NCBI RefSeq assembly: GCF_009914755.1 | Contig: NC_060926.1 | Length of the DNA: 64,000 bases | Source: the human T2T-CHM13v2.0 reference genome, Homo sapiens | Reading direction: 5' to 3' (one strand) | Part shown: positions 16,801 through 29,052 of the stretch, piece by piece | Position numbering within the stretch: position 1 is the stretch's first letter | Layout: the number at the start of each line of letters is the position of its first letter | Notes under the pieces: model-generated | What the model was told of the DNA's origin: nothing | The model's input: only the letters and a program-made list of their open reading frames with translations | Databases searched by the model: none | Position numbers and translations under genes: made by a program

Positions 16801-17995
16801 AGCCCTCAGTGAGCTGCCACTGAGTCGGGAGCCCAGAGGAACGGCGTGAAGCCACTGGACCCTCTCCCGGGACCTCCTGCTGGCTCCTCCTGCCCAGCTT
16901 CCTATGCAAGGCTTTGTGTTTTCAGGAAAGGGCCTAGCTTCTGTGTGGCCCACAGAGTTCACTGCCTGTGAGACTTAGCACCAAGTGCTGAGGCTGGAAG
17001 AAAAACGCACACCAGACGGGCAACAAACAGTCTGGGTCCCCAGCTCGCTCTTGGTACTTGGGACCCCAGTGCCTCGTTGAGGGCGCCATTCTGAAGAAAG
17101 GAACTGCAGCGCCGATTTGAGGGTGGAGATATAGATAATAATAATATTAATAATAATAATGGCCACATGGATCGAACACTCATGATGTGCCAAGTGCTGT
17201 GCTAAGTGCTTTACGAACATTCGTCATATCAGGATGACCTCGAGAGCTGAGGCTCTAGCCACCTAAAACCACGTGCCCAAACCCACCAGTTTAAAACGGT
17301 GTGTGTTCGGAGGGGTGAAAGCATTAAGAAGCCCAGTGCCCTCCTGGAGTGAGACAAGGGCTCGGCCTTAAGGAGCTGAAGAGTCTGGGTAGCTTGTTTA
17401 GGGTACAAGAAGCCTGTTCTGTCCAGCTTCAGTGACACAAGCTGCTTTAGCTAAAGTCCCGCGGGTTCCGGCATGGCTAGGCTGAGAGCAGGGATCTACC
17501 TGGCTTCTCAGTTCTTTGGTTGGAAGGAGCAGGAAATCAGCTCCTATTCTCCAGTGGAGAGATCTGGCCTCAGCTTGGGCTAGAGATGCCAAGGCCTGTG
17601 CCAGGTTCCCTGTGCCCTCCTCGAGGTGGGCAGCCATCACCAGCCACAGTTAAGCCAAGCCCCCCAACATGTATTCCATCGTGCTGGTAGAAGAGTCTTT
17701 GCTGTTGCTCCCGAAAGCCGTGCTCTCCAGCCTGGCTGCCAGGGAGGGTGGGCCTCTTGGTTCCAGGCTCTTGAAATAGTGCAGCCTTTTCTTCCTATCT
17801 CTGTGGCTTTCAGCTCTGCTTCCTTGGTTATTAGGAGAATAGATGGGTGATGTCTTTCCTTATGTTGCTTTTTCAACATAGCAGAATTAATGTAGGGAGC
17901 TAAATCCAGTGGTGTGTGTGAATGCAGAAGGGAATGCACCCCACATTCCCATGATGGAAGTCTGCGTAACCAATAAATTGTGCCTTTCTCACTCA
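16801..17995 (+). other. INPP5D: INPP5D 3'UTR
   Basis: Runs from the stop codon to about 18 nt past AATAAA (cleavage site inferred). Includes a MIR/L2-like remnant at about 17135-17260. Confidence 0.85.
17320..17327 (+). promoter_or_regulatory. miR-155-5p 8-mer target site AGCATTAA
   Basis: Exact complement of the miR-155 seed plus A1. SHIP1 is an established miR-155 target. Confidence 0.9.
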
Positions 17996-18020
17996 GCTGT
18001 GTGTGTGGCGTTTTTCCTGA
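17972..18020 (+). terminator. INPP5D polyadenylation signal and GU/U-rich downstream element
   Basis: AATAAA at 17972-17977, CA at about 17994-17995, then TGTGTGTGTGGCGTTTTT. Confidence 0.88.
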
Positions 18021-21000
18021 CATTCGGAGCCATAGATATCCTTCTAGATGGCAGGGCCTGCACAGGGCACAACTGAGGCAGTTAAGGGTTCATGGTGGTG
18101 ATGGATGGTGTTGCCCTGACCAGATGGGACACCATAGAGCCAGTTTGAAGCTGGTCCTGGACTAGGAACAGGAGTAAACCGCACCCCTTCCTTCCTTCCA
18201 CCCACACATCTTCCTGGCACTCCAAGCACCCTGCGGCCACCCAGAGGCCACGAGCATCCCCTCCAAACCTGCTGTCCTGCAGCCCACAAGTTCCTCCCAG
18301 CTTTTATAAGTTTTCACCACTTAAGCTGCAGTGACAAAAAAAACACGTCAACACTCCCCAGGTCATGGGTTCCCAGGTCAGGGAGTAGACCCCCGCCCAG
18401 AAGCACAGTGTGGGCCACTTCCACGGCGCCTCTGCCCCACCTTGGGCTGCCTGGCCTCTGCTTCTGCTCACAGACACCAGGCCTGGGCTCCAGGCAGGGC
18501 CTGGAGCCGTGTCTTTGGCAGCCTCCAAGCAAACCATTCACTCCCAAGCCTCAGTGGCACCTGGAGCCCAGCAGGGGCAGGACTGAGTGCCTGCTGGGAC
18601 CATGGCTCCCTACCCCCACTCAGGTGTCCCCGCCCTGCAGGCTCACTGCCTGGTGTCCGTGTAGAACCTGACCTAAGTCCCAGGCCCCAGCCTCTGACTC
18701 AACAGACCAAGGGCCACGGTGGAGAGAGAGCTGGAGACACCCAGACATTCTTTAGTCTCCCAGCCCCCATCACCAGAGCTGAGGACCCAGGCATGGATGC
18801 CCATGGTCCCTGGGGAACCCACTGGCTGCTGGGGTGGGCTGGCCTGCTACACAAGTGCCATCATCTGCTCACCCACAGGGAGAATGTCAAGCCCAAGGCC
18901 CCATGCCCACTTAGGATGGATGTCTAGGCACTCCCCAGCATTTCTGTGGGTTCCCAGGAGATACGGGTAGGAGAGCAACTGTTTGGGGCATACATCATGC
19001 TCCCCGTCACCTGCTCTGGGTTCCAGTCACTCAAGCAAATGCAGTGCCCCCACCACAGTCAAACCCAGGGCTGCTGTGAGGACCTGGCTTTGATTGCACG
19101 TGGTCGGACAGCTGAGGCCCACCTGGTGCTCAGAACAGGAAACGCTGTGGAATGCAAGAATTTTCATCCTTGCCTTTTCCATCTCTCTACCCTGCACCCA
19201 CCCCGAGAGGTCCCGGACCACTTTCTCCCTAGGCTTTTTGCTGCCGTGATCATCTGGGTTCCACCTTGACCAGGTCTCTCTCCTGTCTCTCCTTTCCTGA
19301 CAATTCTAGGCATTCCAAACACCCAGGTTCCCCCTTCTGGCAGAGGGGGAACCCAGACATACCCACCTCCTTATCACCTACATAATTCACCTCCAAGTAA
19401 TTCACCTACACCAGGCTCCCTAATCAAGAAGGCAGGTCAATTAGCCAGCTCTCATCAAAGTGCTCCATTCCTAGGATGAATTTCACCGCCCCCTGAGATT
19501 GCAGATGCTGCTACAGTCACTGTTCCTTTTCAGAGGTAATTTTTTTCCTTCTCTGCTTGATGCTATGAAGGCTGGTTGAGAGCAGCAGAGTTTGTGCCGA
19601 CAGGAAGGTGTTACCCTCATGATGGACAGTCTCTAGCAGCGCTCTTCCCAGTGCCTCCACCGCAGCCCCACCCCCACCCCCCCGCAGCCTGGAGGGCAGC
19701 GCCTGCAGCCAGTGCCACCTGCAGGGACAGAGTCAGCCACGGGCTCCTCCTCCTTCCTGCATTTCCATTCTTTTTCCACACCATTTTCCCCACCCGGATA
19801 GGAGAGAAATTAGTGAGTCATTCAGAAAAGCTCTCTCCCACAGCTACCTTCCCTGGTTCCAGCCTACCAGGTTCTCATCTTTGCATGTCCTTAAAATAGC
19901 TCCTTTCTCTTGGCAAACAAATTTCCATGGAGACCCAGCTATGGGAAGGCCCAGAAGCTTTCTGCAAGGCAGCAAACTCAGCTCCCAGCCTTCACTCTGA
20001 CAGAGACCCTTTATAATGCAAATGTGTGGTCTCACCCCCACAGACACTGCCACCCACGAAGGTCCCATTTTGGGAAATCTGAACCACCCAGGGAACGCAC
20101 TGGGAGGTTGAGTCTAGGTATAGGCAATCTAGTTTCTTGTTATTTTCTGACGGGCTGGCTGGCCTGCACTGGTGAGTTCTCTCTCAGGTCACAGCAGACC
20201 GAACCACTAGGCTTACCAGTGACTAATCTCACAGCAGGCATACCCAGCTCATGCTCTTCCTCCATGCACTTGGCCACACATGTTGATGGCGTGCACTGGG
20301 CCTTGGGGGTCAGTGCTTCTATTGAGGGAGGCCATGGGTGGGAGGGATCCTGGACTATGGGAACAGATAGAATGGGGCTTAAATGTCTTTTATTTCCTAA
20401 AACTATAATCTTGCACAGGTTTCTTAGCTTTTCTGAGCCTCAATCTCCTCATCTGTACAATGGAAAGAAGGCTACCTGGTGTGGTTGTCGAAGATTCACT
20501 GAGCTCATCTCTGCAAAGCCCCTGGCTCGGCGCCTGGCCCTGCTGTAGGGGTTCAGTGAGTGTTATCCCGTTCCCTCATCCTTCGAGACAAGGCAGTGAG
20601 GGAGGGCACCGTGCACAGCATCGGAAAAGAAGCAAATAGAAGAGCTTTGGGGATGCAGGAACGTCCAAAGCAGAGGTAAAGGCAAGAGCACAAATTCATA
20701 AACAAGGCAGGCCATCCAGGGGGCAAGTCAAGGCTGTGAAAAGCCATGAAGAGCAGGGAGATAGATCAGGCTAAGGCATGGATAACTGAGGCCAGGAGGA
20801 ACTAGATGAGGCCAGGTGGGCTATTTGAGGCTAAGGAGGAGCTAGTTGAGGTCAAGGAGAGGCGAGGTTAGTTGAGGCCAGGAAGACTAGTTGAAGCCAG
20901 AGGTGCAGGTGGATTCTCTAGCTACACAGAGCACAGCTGCTCAGATGACCTGAGCCAATGGGAGCAGACCCAGCGGACGCATAGGAACACTTCATGGGGC

Positions 21001-22019
21001 AGTGCTGGGCAGTGTTTCTGGCCACCAGGGACATGTAGGCAGGTCCAGTCACCACAAAGCAGTTTTGTGCCCCACGGCGGTTCTGGACGCACCTGTCCCT
21101 GCGAGATTCGGCTCCTGCACTTGTCTCTCCCTCCTTCCGCTTTTTCTTCCTCCTTCCCTAACCATGTCAATGACTTGCAGTCCTGCCTCATTCTGCAGGG
21201 AATGGGGAGCCTTGGGGACTCCGGAGCACACAATGACGTGCTTGCTTAGCATTTAGGAAGGTCGAGAATAGGGTAAGGCCAGCAAGTCTCGGGGGTGCAA
21301 AAGGTAACCGACACTCACTCTCCAGTGCTCACCCTGAACTTGCACCACCTCAGATTTAAACATCCCCCCCACCCATCCCTGCCTTGCCTCCCCTTCATCC
21401 AAGCCCTGCAGAGCAGGCAGAAAAGTGAAAGTTAGATTCCAGAAGGAGCCGAATTCCTGTGGCTGAAAGGTGGCAACGCTCCAACCCGCAGCCCTGGCAG
21501 GGCCTTGGAAGAAGGAAGGGCTGGAGGTGCAGGCGGAAGAGGCTGTCCTCTGTATCATGTGGAATCCTGTTTTAGTGCACGGGCTATAAATTGAATTTCC
21601 AGGCCTTATTTAGAGTACATCCCCAGAAATGGTTTGTCCTGCTTCTGCTATTTTTAAAAAGCACTCTGTTTAGGTAGTAGTTGAGAGCACAGACTTGGGA
21701 GCCAAACTGCTTAAACACATCAAAAATGTGCCAGGCTGTGACCATTGTGCAGAAGAAGGCAACATGCCCAGCTTCCAGAAGAGGCCGATGCACAGGCCAG
21801 CAGTTACAGTGCCAGGTGGTAAGGGGTATGCAGACAAAAGCCCCCGGCCATGAATTTCCTTTCGGGATTAGCTGGGAAATGTTTCATGATTTAGTGTTAG
21901 TATTCAGAATGATAACCAGACTGGTGCTGAGGATCTTGGACTCTGGGGTCAGAACACTTGGGTTCAGCCCCCAGCCCTGCCACCTGCCACTGACTGGCAG
22001 GCCATATGACCGTGGCTAA

Positions 22020-22415
<396 letters not shown>

Positions 22416-22982
22416 TGGCCTTGTAAGGATTAAAAGGCATGCTAATGTAAATAGCCCTGGCTGCAGGTAAGCACTCAATACATGTCACTGTTATCAACAT
22501 GATGCTCTCACAAAGACAACGTAATTCTCCGTGTTCCCACCGCAGCCTCGACAGCTACAAGGCCACAGTTTTTACCATTTACAAGCCCTTCTCAAGGTGA
22601 CTCCTTCGTTTCTGGACTCAGGGCCTGATCCTGGCCCCAGATCTGACAAGCGGCAGGGCCTTGGCCAGGTCACTCCTGCAGGCCACACCATTTGTGACAC
22701 CTGTGACATGAGAAGTAAGGCCCTGTGCCTGCCAGGAGCGGCACGGCACCTGCAGCAGCACAGCCACCAAGCACAGCCACAGTCCCAGCACCCATGTGCC
22801 GGTGAGGTCCATCACTCATTCCCCATCCTCGGATGCCTTCTACAATCCGGTCTACAGGACCGGAATCCTGTCCGACCACCGATGACTCACACAAAGCAAT
22901 GGGGGACCTGGGACAAGTGTGCCTCCATCTTGCAGGCTAACTCCTGGAGGAACTAACCCATGCGGAACTGCTCCCCACAGGG

Positions 22983-23172
22983 CAGGGGTTCTGGACCGAG
23001 ACACTACTGACATGTGGGGCTGGGTCATTCTTCGGTGTGGCGCTGGCTGGTGCACCGCTTAGTGGCATCCCTGGCCTCTGCCCACTAGACGCTAGAACCC
23101 ACCCCCAGACATTCCCAAATGTCACCATCTGGCAGAGAGAATGGCAGAATCACCCCCAGAAGTGGACAACTG
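22983..23172. mobile_element. MER20 hAT DNA transposon (degenerate)
   Basis: CACTACTGACATGTGGGGCTGG...GCATCCCTGGCCTCTGCCCACTAGA...CAGACATTCCCAAATGTC resembles the MER20 consensus. Confidence 0.75.
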
Positions 23173-23329
23173 CCACAGAGCAGTTCTGAGAAAAGGCTCC
23201 TCCTTCCTGAAGAAGGTGAAGATCCGAATTCTGACACCAAACACACACAAATACGCACGCATGCACACGTGCAGGAAGCTAGCAGGAGGGAGGTGCCCCG
23301 CACAAATCTGGAGAAATATCACAGGGCTC

Positions 23330-23642
<313 letters not shown>

Positions 23643-23704
23643 GATCACAGGGCCCGTTAGGCTCCTTCCATTTCAAGGGGCGAAGATGCAGCAGGTCACC
23701 TCAG

Positions 23705-24133
23705 TGTTTCACGTGTCCGTGTGAAAAGACCACCAAACAGGCTTTGTGTTAGCAACATGGCCATTTATTTCACCTGGGTGCAGGCGGGCTGAGTCCGAAA
23801 AAGGAGTCAGCAAAGGGTGGTGGATTATCATTAGTTCTTAGAGGTTTTGGGATAGGTGGTGGAGTTTGGAGCAATGGTTTGCAGGCAGAGGGTGGATCTC
23901 ACAAAGTACATTCTCAAGGGTGGGGAGAATTACAAAGAACCTTCTTAAGGGTCGGGGAGATTACAGAGTACAGTGATCAGTTAGGGTGGGGCAGTAACAA
24001 ATCACAATGGTGGAATGTCATCAGTTAAGGCTATTTTCACTTCTGTGGATCTTCAGTTGCTTCAGGTCATCTGGATGTATACATGCAGGTCACTGGGGAT
24101 ACGATGGCTTAGCTTGGGCTCAGAGGCCTGACA
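23705..24133 (-). mobile_element. HERV-H solo LTR (LTR7 family, type-II-repeat/LTR7B-like)
   Basis: Reverse complement starts TGTCAGGCCTCTGAGCCCAAGCTAAGCCATC and ends CACACGGACACGTGAAACA. Perfect 5-bp TSD CTCAG at 23700-23704 and 24134-24138. Confidence 0.95.
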
Positions 24134-24424
24134 CTCAGGAGATGGGTCTGTCACCAGGGTGCATGGAAGTGAGGAAGCCTCCACTGTCAGGACATAGAAG
24201 CCCCTGGTGAGCTCAGAGCCAGCCCAGGGCCCCGCATCCTGTGTCCTGTCAAACTCCAGAGTTTCCTCCTCCCTCCTGATCGATTGCACCACAGTGGCCG
24301 CTCTGCTGCTTCTCCTCACTGCTTTGTCCGCCCTCCTTACCCTCCGCATATTTGGGCCTCTCTGGGCATATCCTACATTGAGATCTGCTGGGAAGGCTGG
24401 TTTGGGGATCTGTAAATCTCCACC

Positions 24425-24569
24425 TGTCTTATTAGTTTGGATTCCCCAGAAACGGACTCTGAGTCAAAGATTTGAGTGCAAGGAAAGTATTTGGGGATAA
24501 CTCAGGAAACACTACAGGAGCAAGGGAGTGAGGATTTGAGGCAGGAAAGGGAAAGAAGCCATAAAGAAC
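24425..24569 (-). mobile_element. ERVL LTR (LTR16-like), left part; resumes at about 28659
   Basis: TTAGTTTGGATTCCCCAGAAACGGACTCTGAGTCAAAGATTTGAGTGCAAG resembles the LTR16-family reverse consensus. Interrupted by the element at 24570-28654. Confidence 0.55.
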
Positions 24570-24588
24570 TGATACAGAAGAGATTACT

Positions 24589-24876
24589 GCCGGACACGGT
24601 GGCTCACGCCTGTAATCCCAGCACTTTGGAAGGCCAAGGTGGGAGGATCATGAGGTCAGGAGTTTGAGACCAGCCTGACCAACATGGTGAAACCCCGTCT
24701 CTACTAAAATTAGAAAAATTAGCCAGGCGTGGTGGCACATGCCTGTGTCCCAGATACTGCAGAGGCTGAGGCAGGAGAATTGCCTGAATCTGGGAGGCAG
24801 AGGTTGTGGTGAGCCAGGTTCGCACCACTGCACTCCAGCCTGGGTGACAGAGAGACTCCATCTAAAAAAAAAAGAG
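24589..24876 (+). mobile_element. Alu inserted in the ERV1 LTR
   Basis: Alu consensus flanked by TSD AGAGATTACT. Confidence 0.92.
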
Positions 24877-24889
24877 AGAGATTACTTAG

Positions 24890-25642
24890 TGTCTCATGTG
24901 TCCGTGTGAAGAGACCAGCAACAAGGCTGTTTATTTCACCTGGGTGCAGGCGGGCTGAGTCCGAAAAAGGAGTCAGCAAAGGGTGGTAGGATTATCATTA
25001 GTTCTTAGAGGTTTTGGGATAGGCGGTGGAGTTTGGAGCAATGTTTTGGGGGCAGGGGGTGGATCTCACAAAGTACATTCTCAAGGGTGCGGAGAATGAC
25101 GAAGAACCTTGTTAAGGGTGGGGAGAATGATGAAGAACCTTGTTAAGTGTGGGGAGAATGATGAAGAACCTTGTTAAGGGTGGGGAGAATGATGAAGAAC
25201 CTTGTTAAGGGTGGGGGAGAATGATGAAGAACCTTGTTAAGGGTGGGGAGAATGATGAAGAACCTTGTTAAGGGTGGGGAGAATGATGAAGAACCTTGTT
25301 AAGGGTGGGGAGAATGATGAAGAACCTTGTTAAGGGTGGGGAGAATGATGAAGAACCTTGTTAAGGGTGGGGAGAATGATGAAGAACCTTGTTAAGGGTG
25401 GGGAGAATGATGAAGAACCTTGTTAAGGGTGGGGAGAATGATGAAGAACCTTGTTAGGGGTGGGGGAGATTACAAAGTACATTGATCAGTTAGGGTGGGG
25501 CAGAAAAATATCCCAATGGTGGAATGTCATCAGTTGAGGCTATTTTCACTCCTGTGGATCTTCAGTTGATTCAGGCCATCTGGATGTATACGTGCAGGTC
25601 ACTGGGGATATGATGGCTTAGCTTGGGCTCAGAGGCCTGACA
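24890..25642 (-). mobile_element. HERV-H provirus 3' LTR (LTR7 family) with expanded U3 repeat
   Basis: Colinear with the solo LTR. On the minus strand it follows the polypurine tract AAGAAGACAGGAA. Flanked by CTTAG at 24885-24889. Has a ~19-bp deletion near 24917. Confidence 0.95.
25083..25455. repeat. Minisatellite, 12 x 31 bp (AAGGGTGGGGAGAATGATGAAGAACCTTGTT)
   Basis: Twelve GAACCTTGTT cores counted; units nearly identical. Confidence 0.95.
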
Positions 25643-27789
25643 TTCCTGTCTTCTTATATTAATAAGAAAAATAAAATGGTAAAGTGTTGGGGTGGCGAAA
25701 ATTTTGGGGGGTGGTATGGAGAGATAATGGGCGATGTTTCTCAGGGCTGCTTCGAGCGGGATTAGGGGTGGCATGGGAACCTACAGTGAGAGAGATTCAA
25801 CTGAAGAAAGATTTTGGGGTAAGGGGTGATATTGTAGGGTTGTTAGAAGGAGCATTTGGCATATAGAATTATTGGTTGGACTGGATGCGGTTTTGTATGA
25901 ATTGAGAAACTAAACGAAAGACACAAAGTCCGAATAAAAGAAGGAGAAAGATAGGTTGAAAGGACTAAGAATTGGGAGGACTCAGGATGTCCAATTAGAG
26001 AGTGTCCAAGGGGGTTCAACGTTATTGTTTGCTTGGTTGGCAAGTTTTTGGGCTCTATCCTTGAGTTTTTTTATGTTGTCATATACCAGGCCAGATTGAT
26101 TTAGGTAAAAACAACACTCTTCATTTAAAAATATACAGTCCTCTTTTTTAGCAGTAAGTAAATCAAGGCCTCAGTGATTTTGGAGGAAAGAGAAATGCAA
26201 AGCCAGCAACTGTTTGTTAAAGAAGGATTAGAAACGGCTAGGAGAGAGTGACTGAGATTGACAGTGTGGTGGAGATAGCTGGGGAAAGGTGGAGGGTGGC
26301 ATAAGAACGGGAACGAGAATAAGAGTAAGTATAAAAGCAAAGAATAGGACTTCATCAGGGTGAAAGTATTGAAGTGCACTTTGTCACTGAAGATCTTCTA
26401 TCCACTTAAAGAGAGACCTAAGGGTGGCAGTTTGAGGTAAAACCAGGTGCCACTGAATACCAAGAGCCTGAGAAACTGCTCAGGTGATTTGACTAGTAAA
26501 GGCCGGTCCATTATCTGACTGTATAGAGGTGGGAAGGCCAAACCGAGGAATTATGTCTGACAGAAGGGAAGAAATAACCACGGTGGCCTTCTCAGACCCT
26601 GTGGGAAAGGCCTCTACCCACCCAGTGAAAGTGTCTACCCAGACCAAGAGGTATTTTAGTTTCCTGACTCGAGGCATGTGAGTAAAGTCAATTTGCTAAT
26701 CCTGAGCGGGGGCAAATCCCCGAGCTTGAGGTGTAGGGAAGAGAGGGGGCCTGAGAAATTCTTGAGGAGTAGTAGAATAGCAGGTGGAACATTGAGAAGT
26801 TATTTTCTTGAGGATAGATTTCCACGATGGAAAGGAAATGAGAGGTTCTAAGAGGCGGGCTAGCGGCTTGTAACCTACATGGAAGAGGTTATGAAATGAC
26901 GATAGAATAGAATGGGCCTGTAAGCCTGGAAGGAGATATTTTCCTTGGTCCAAGAACCATTTGCCTTGTGTGGGAAGAGATTGATAGGTGGAAGTTTCAG
27001 TGGGGGAGTAGGTGGGAGTGGCCAGATGAGAAGGAGAAAAACTGCTGTGAGGGATAGAAGTTGAAAGCTAGCTGCTTTTTTAGCTACCTTATCAGCATAA
27101 GCATTGTCCTGAGCGATGGGATCTGATGCCTTTTGATGGCCCTTGCAGTGTATGACTCCAGCTTCCTTTGGAAGTAAAGCGGCCTTGAGAAGAGTTTTTA
27201 TTAAAGAGGCATTAATGATGGAGGACCCTTGTGTGGTGAGGAAACTTTTCAGCCCATAAAACATCATGGTGGTGCAGGATATGGGGTCAGTATAAATATT
27301 GACGTGTAGTCCCTTTGCAAGAGTGAGGGCTCGAATTAAGGCAATGAGTTCGGCTTCCTGAGAGGTAGTGGAGGGAGGCAGAGCGGTAGCCTCAATGATA
27401 GATGTGGAAGATTCTATAGCATAGCCTGCCTTTGCTAGTGAGTGGCGATTAGGCCTGATGGACTAAACCAAATGTGATCAATAAACCAAATGTGATCAGA
27501 GTGAGGAACAGGAAAGAAGGAAATATGGGGAAATGGAATGAATGCCAGGTGGATCAGAGAGATACAGTCATAGGGGTCAGGTGTGGTATCCGGAATAACG
27601 TGGAAGGCCAGATTGAAGTCCGGGCCAGGAACAATGGTAATTGTGGGAGACTCAACAAAGAGTGAATATAGCTGAAGGAGCTGGGGAGCAGAAAGTATGT
27701 GTCAGGTGTGAGGAAGAAAATAGATTTTGGAAGTTATGAGAACTGTAGAGAGTGAGTTGAGCATAGTTTGTGATTTTGAGGGCACCAAA
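25643..27789 (-). pseudogene. HERV-H internal region: degenerate pol (connection, RNase H, integrase) and env remnant; gag, pro and RT deleted
   Basis: ORF fragments: IHCKGHQKASDPIAQDNAYADKVAK (RNase H, 26875-27267), H..H..CSTC zinc finger (26696-26953), [16 protein letters not shown]...QSDNGPAF (integrase core, 26480-26677), NPSLTNSCWLC (env-like, 26125-26379). Frameshifts and stops. Partial tRNA-His PBS TTTGGTGCC at 27789-27781. Confidence 0.92.
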
Positions 27790-27911
27790 TGTCTCACATG
27801 TCCGTGTGAAGAGACCATCAAATAGGCTTTGTGTGAGCAACAAGGCTGTTTATTTCACCTGGGTGCAGGCGGGCTGAGTCCAAAAAAGGAGTCAGCAAAC
27901 TGATGGGATTA
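27790..27911 (-). mobile_element. HERV-H 5' LTR, R/U5 portion (its U3 start lies inverted at 28359-28406)
   Basis: Matches the first ~120 bp of the other two LTR copies and abuts the PBS. Confidence 0.92.
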
Positions 27912-28733
27912 CCACGGCACTCCAGCCTGGGCGACAGAGGGAGACTCCATCTCAAAAAAAAAAAAAAAAAAAGATGGGCTAGTGGGGGATGCACCGGACT
28001 TTATAGTCAGGCTTGAGGAGGCAGTTCCTGATTTACACAGGGCTCACAGATTGGTTCCATCAGGTATGACGTTTACATAGCAAGGGGAACGCTGGTTGCC
28101 CCACCCTAATCTTATTATGCAATGAACTTTCCCTTTGGCTGGCGGCCATCTTGTCTGCTCCTTACTGTACACGTGGCTGACAGAGATAAGGGAAGATGGA
28201 GCTGCCATCTTGAACATGATTGGCACAACAGCTGGTGTCTATGTCTGCAGCTTGATTTTACAGGCTGCTTTTTGTTAGAAAGGAAAATAATTTGGGGTTG
28301 CTCTTCATTAAAAGGACAACCTTACCGGGGACTTCCGTATCCCCACTATCTGCCTAAGTGTCAGGGCTCAGAGCCCAAGCTAAGCCATCATACCCCCAGT
28401 GACCTGTGCCATCTAGGCTCACTGCAAACTCCACCTCCCGGGTTCATGCCATTCTCCTGCCTCAGCCTCCTATCTTTTTCCTCTTGGAAGTCCCATCTCT
28501 CTCACTAGAGAGAGAGCTGTTTTTCTTTCTCTTTCTGTCTCTCTTTTATCTATTAAACCTCCGCTCCTAAACTCCTTGTGTGTGTCCATGTCCTAAATTT
28601 TCCTGGCAAGACAGTGAACCCCAGGTATTTACCCCAGACAATATAGCTGCTTCAGAACGTTCTATGGGCAGGGAGCCACTGTGGCCACCTGGGCTTACCC
28701 TGCAGGCACTGTTGGGAACACATGCCTGTGTCA

Positions 28734-29052
<319 letters not shown>

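Larger units (their letters stand above)
24570..28654 (+). mobile_element. ERV1 solo LTR (LTR9/MER61-like) split by two Alus, a HERV-H provirus and an inversion
   Basis: Starts TGATACAG (24570), ends GCTGCTTCA (28654), 4-bp TSD GAAC at 24566-24569 and 28655-28658. The middle part (27973-28358) lies inverted. The 3' part with ATTAAA is at about 28472-28654. Subfamily uncertain. Confidence 0.8.

Noticed and set aside
18331-20548. 198-aa and 212-aa ORFs downstream of INPP5D
   Set aside because: GTG/TTG starts, no domain-like content, and lengths plausible by chance in GC-rich DNA.
25083-25455. CRISPR-like array of regularly spaced ~31-bp repeats
   Set aside because: Units are contiguous with no unique spacers, there are no cas genes, and the array lies inside a HERV-H LTR. 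It is a minisatellite.
26125-27267. Functional retroviral pol/env or a novel RT system
   Set aside because: RNase H and integrase fragments are broken by frameshifts and stops; RT, gag and pro are deleted.
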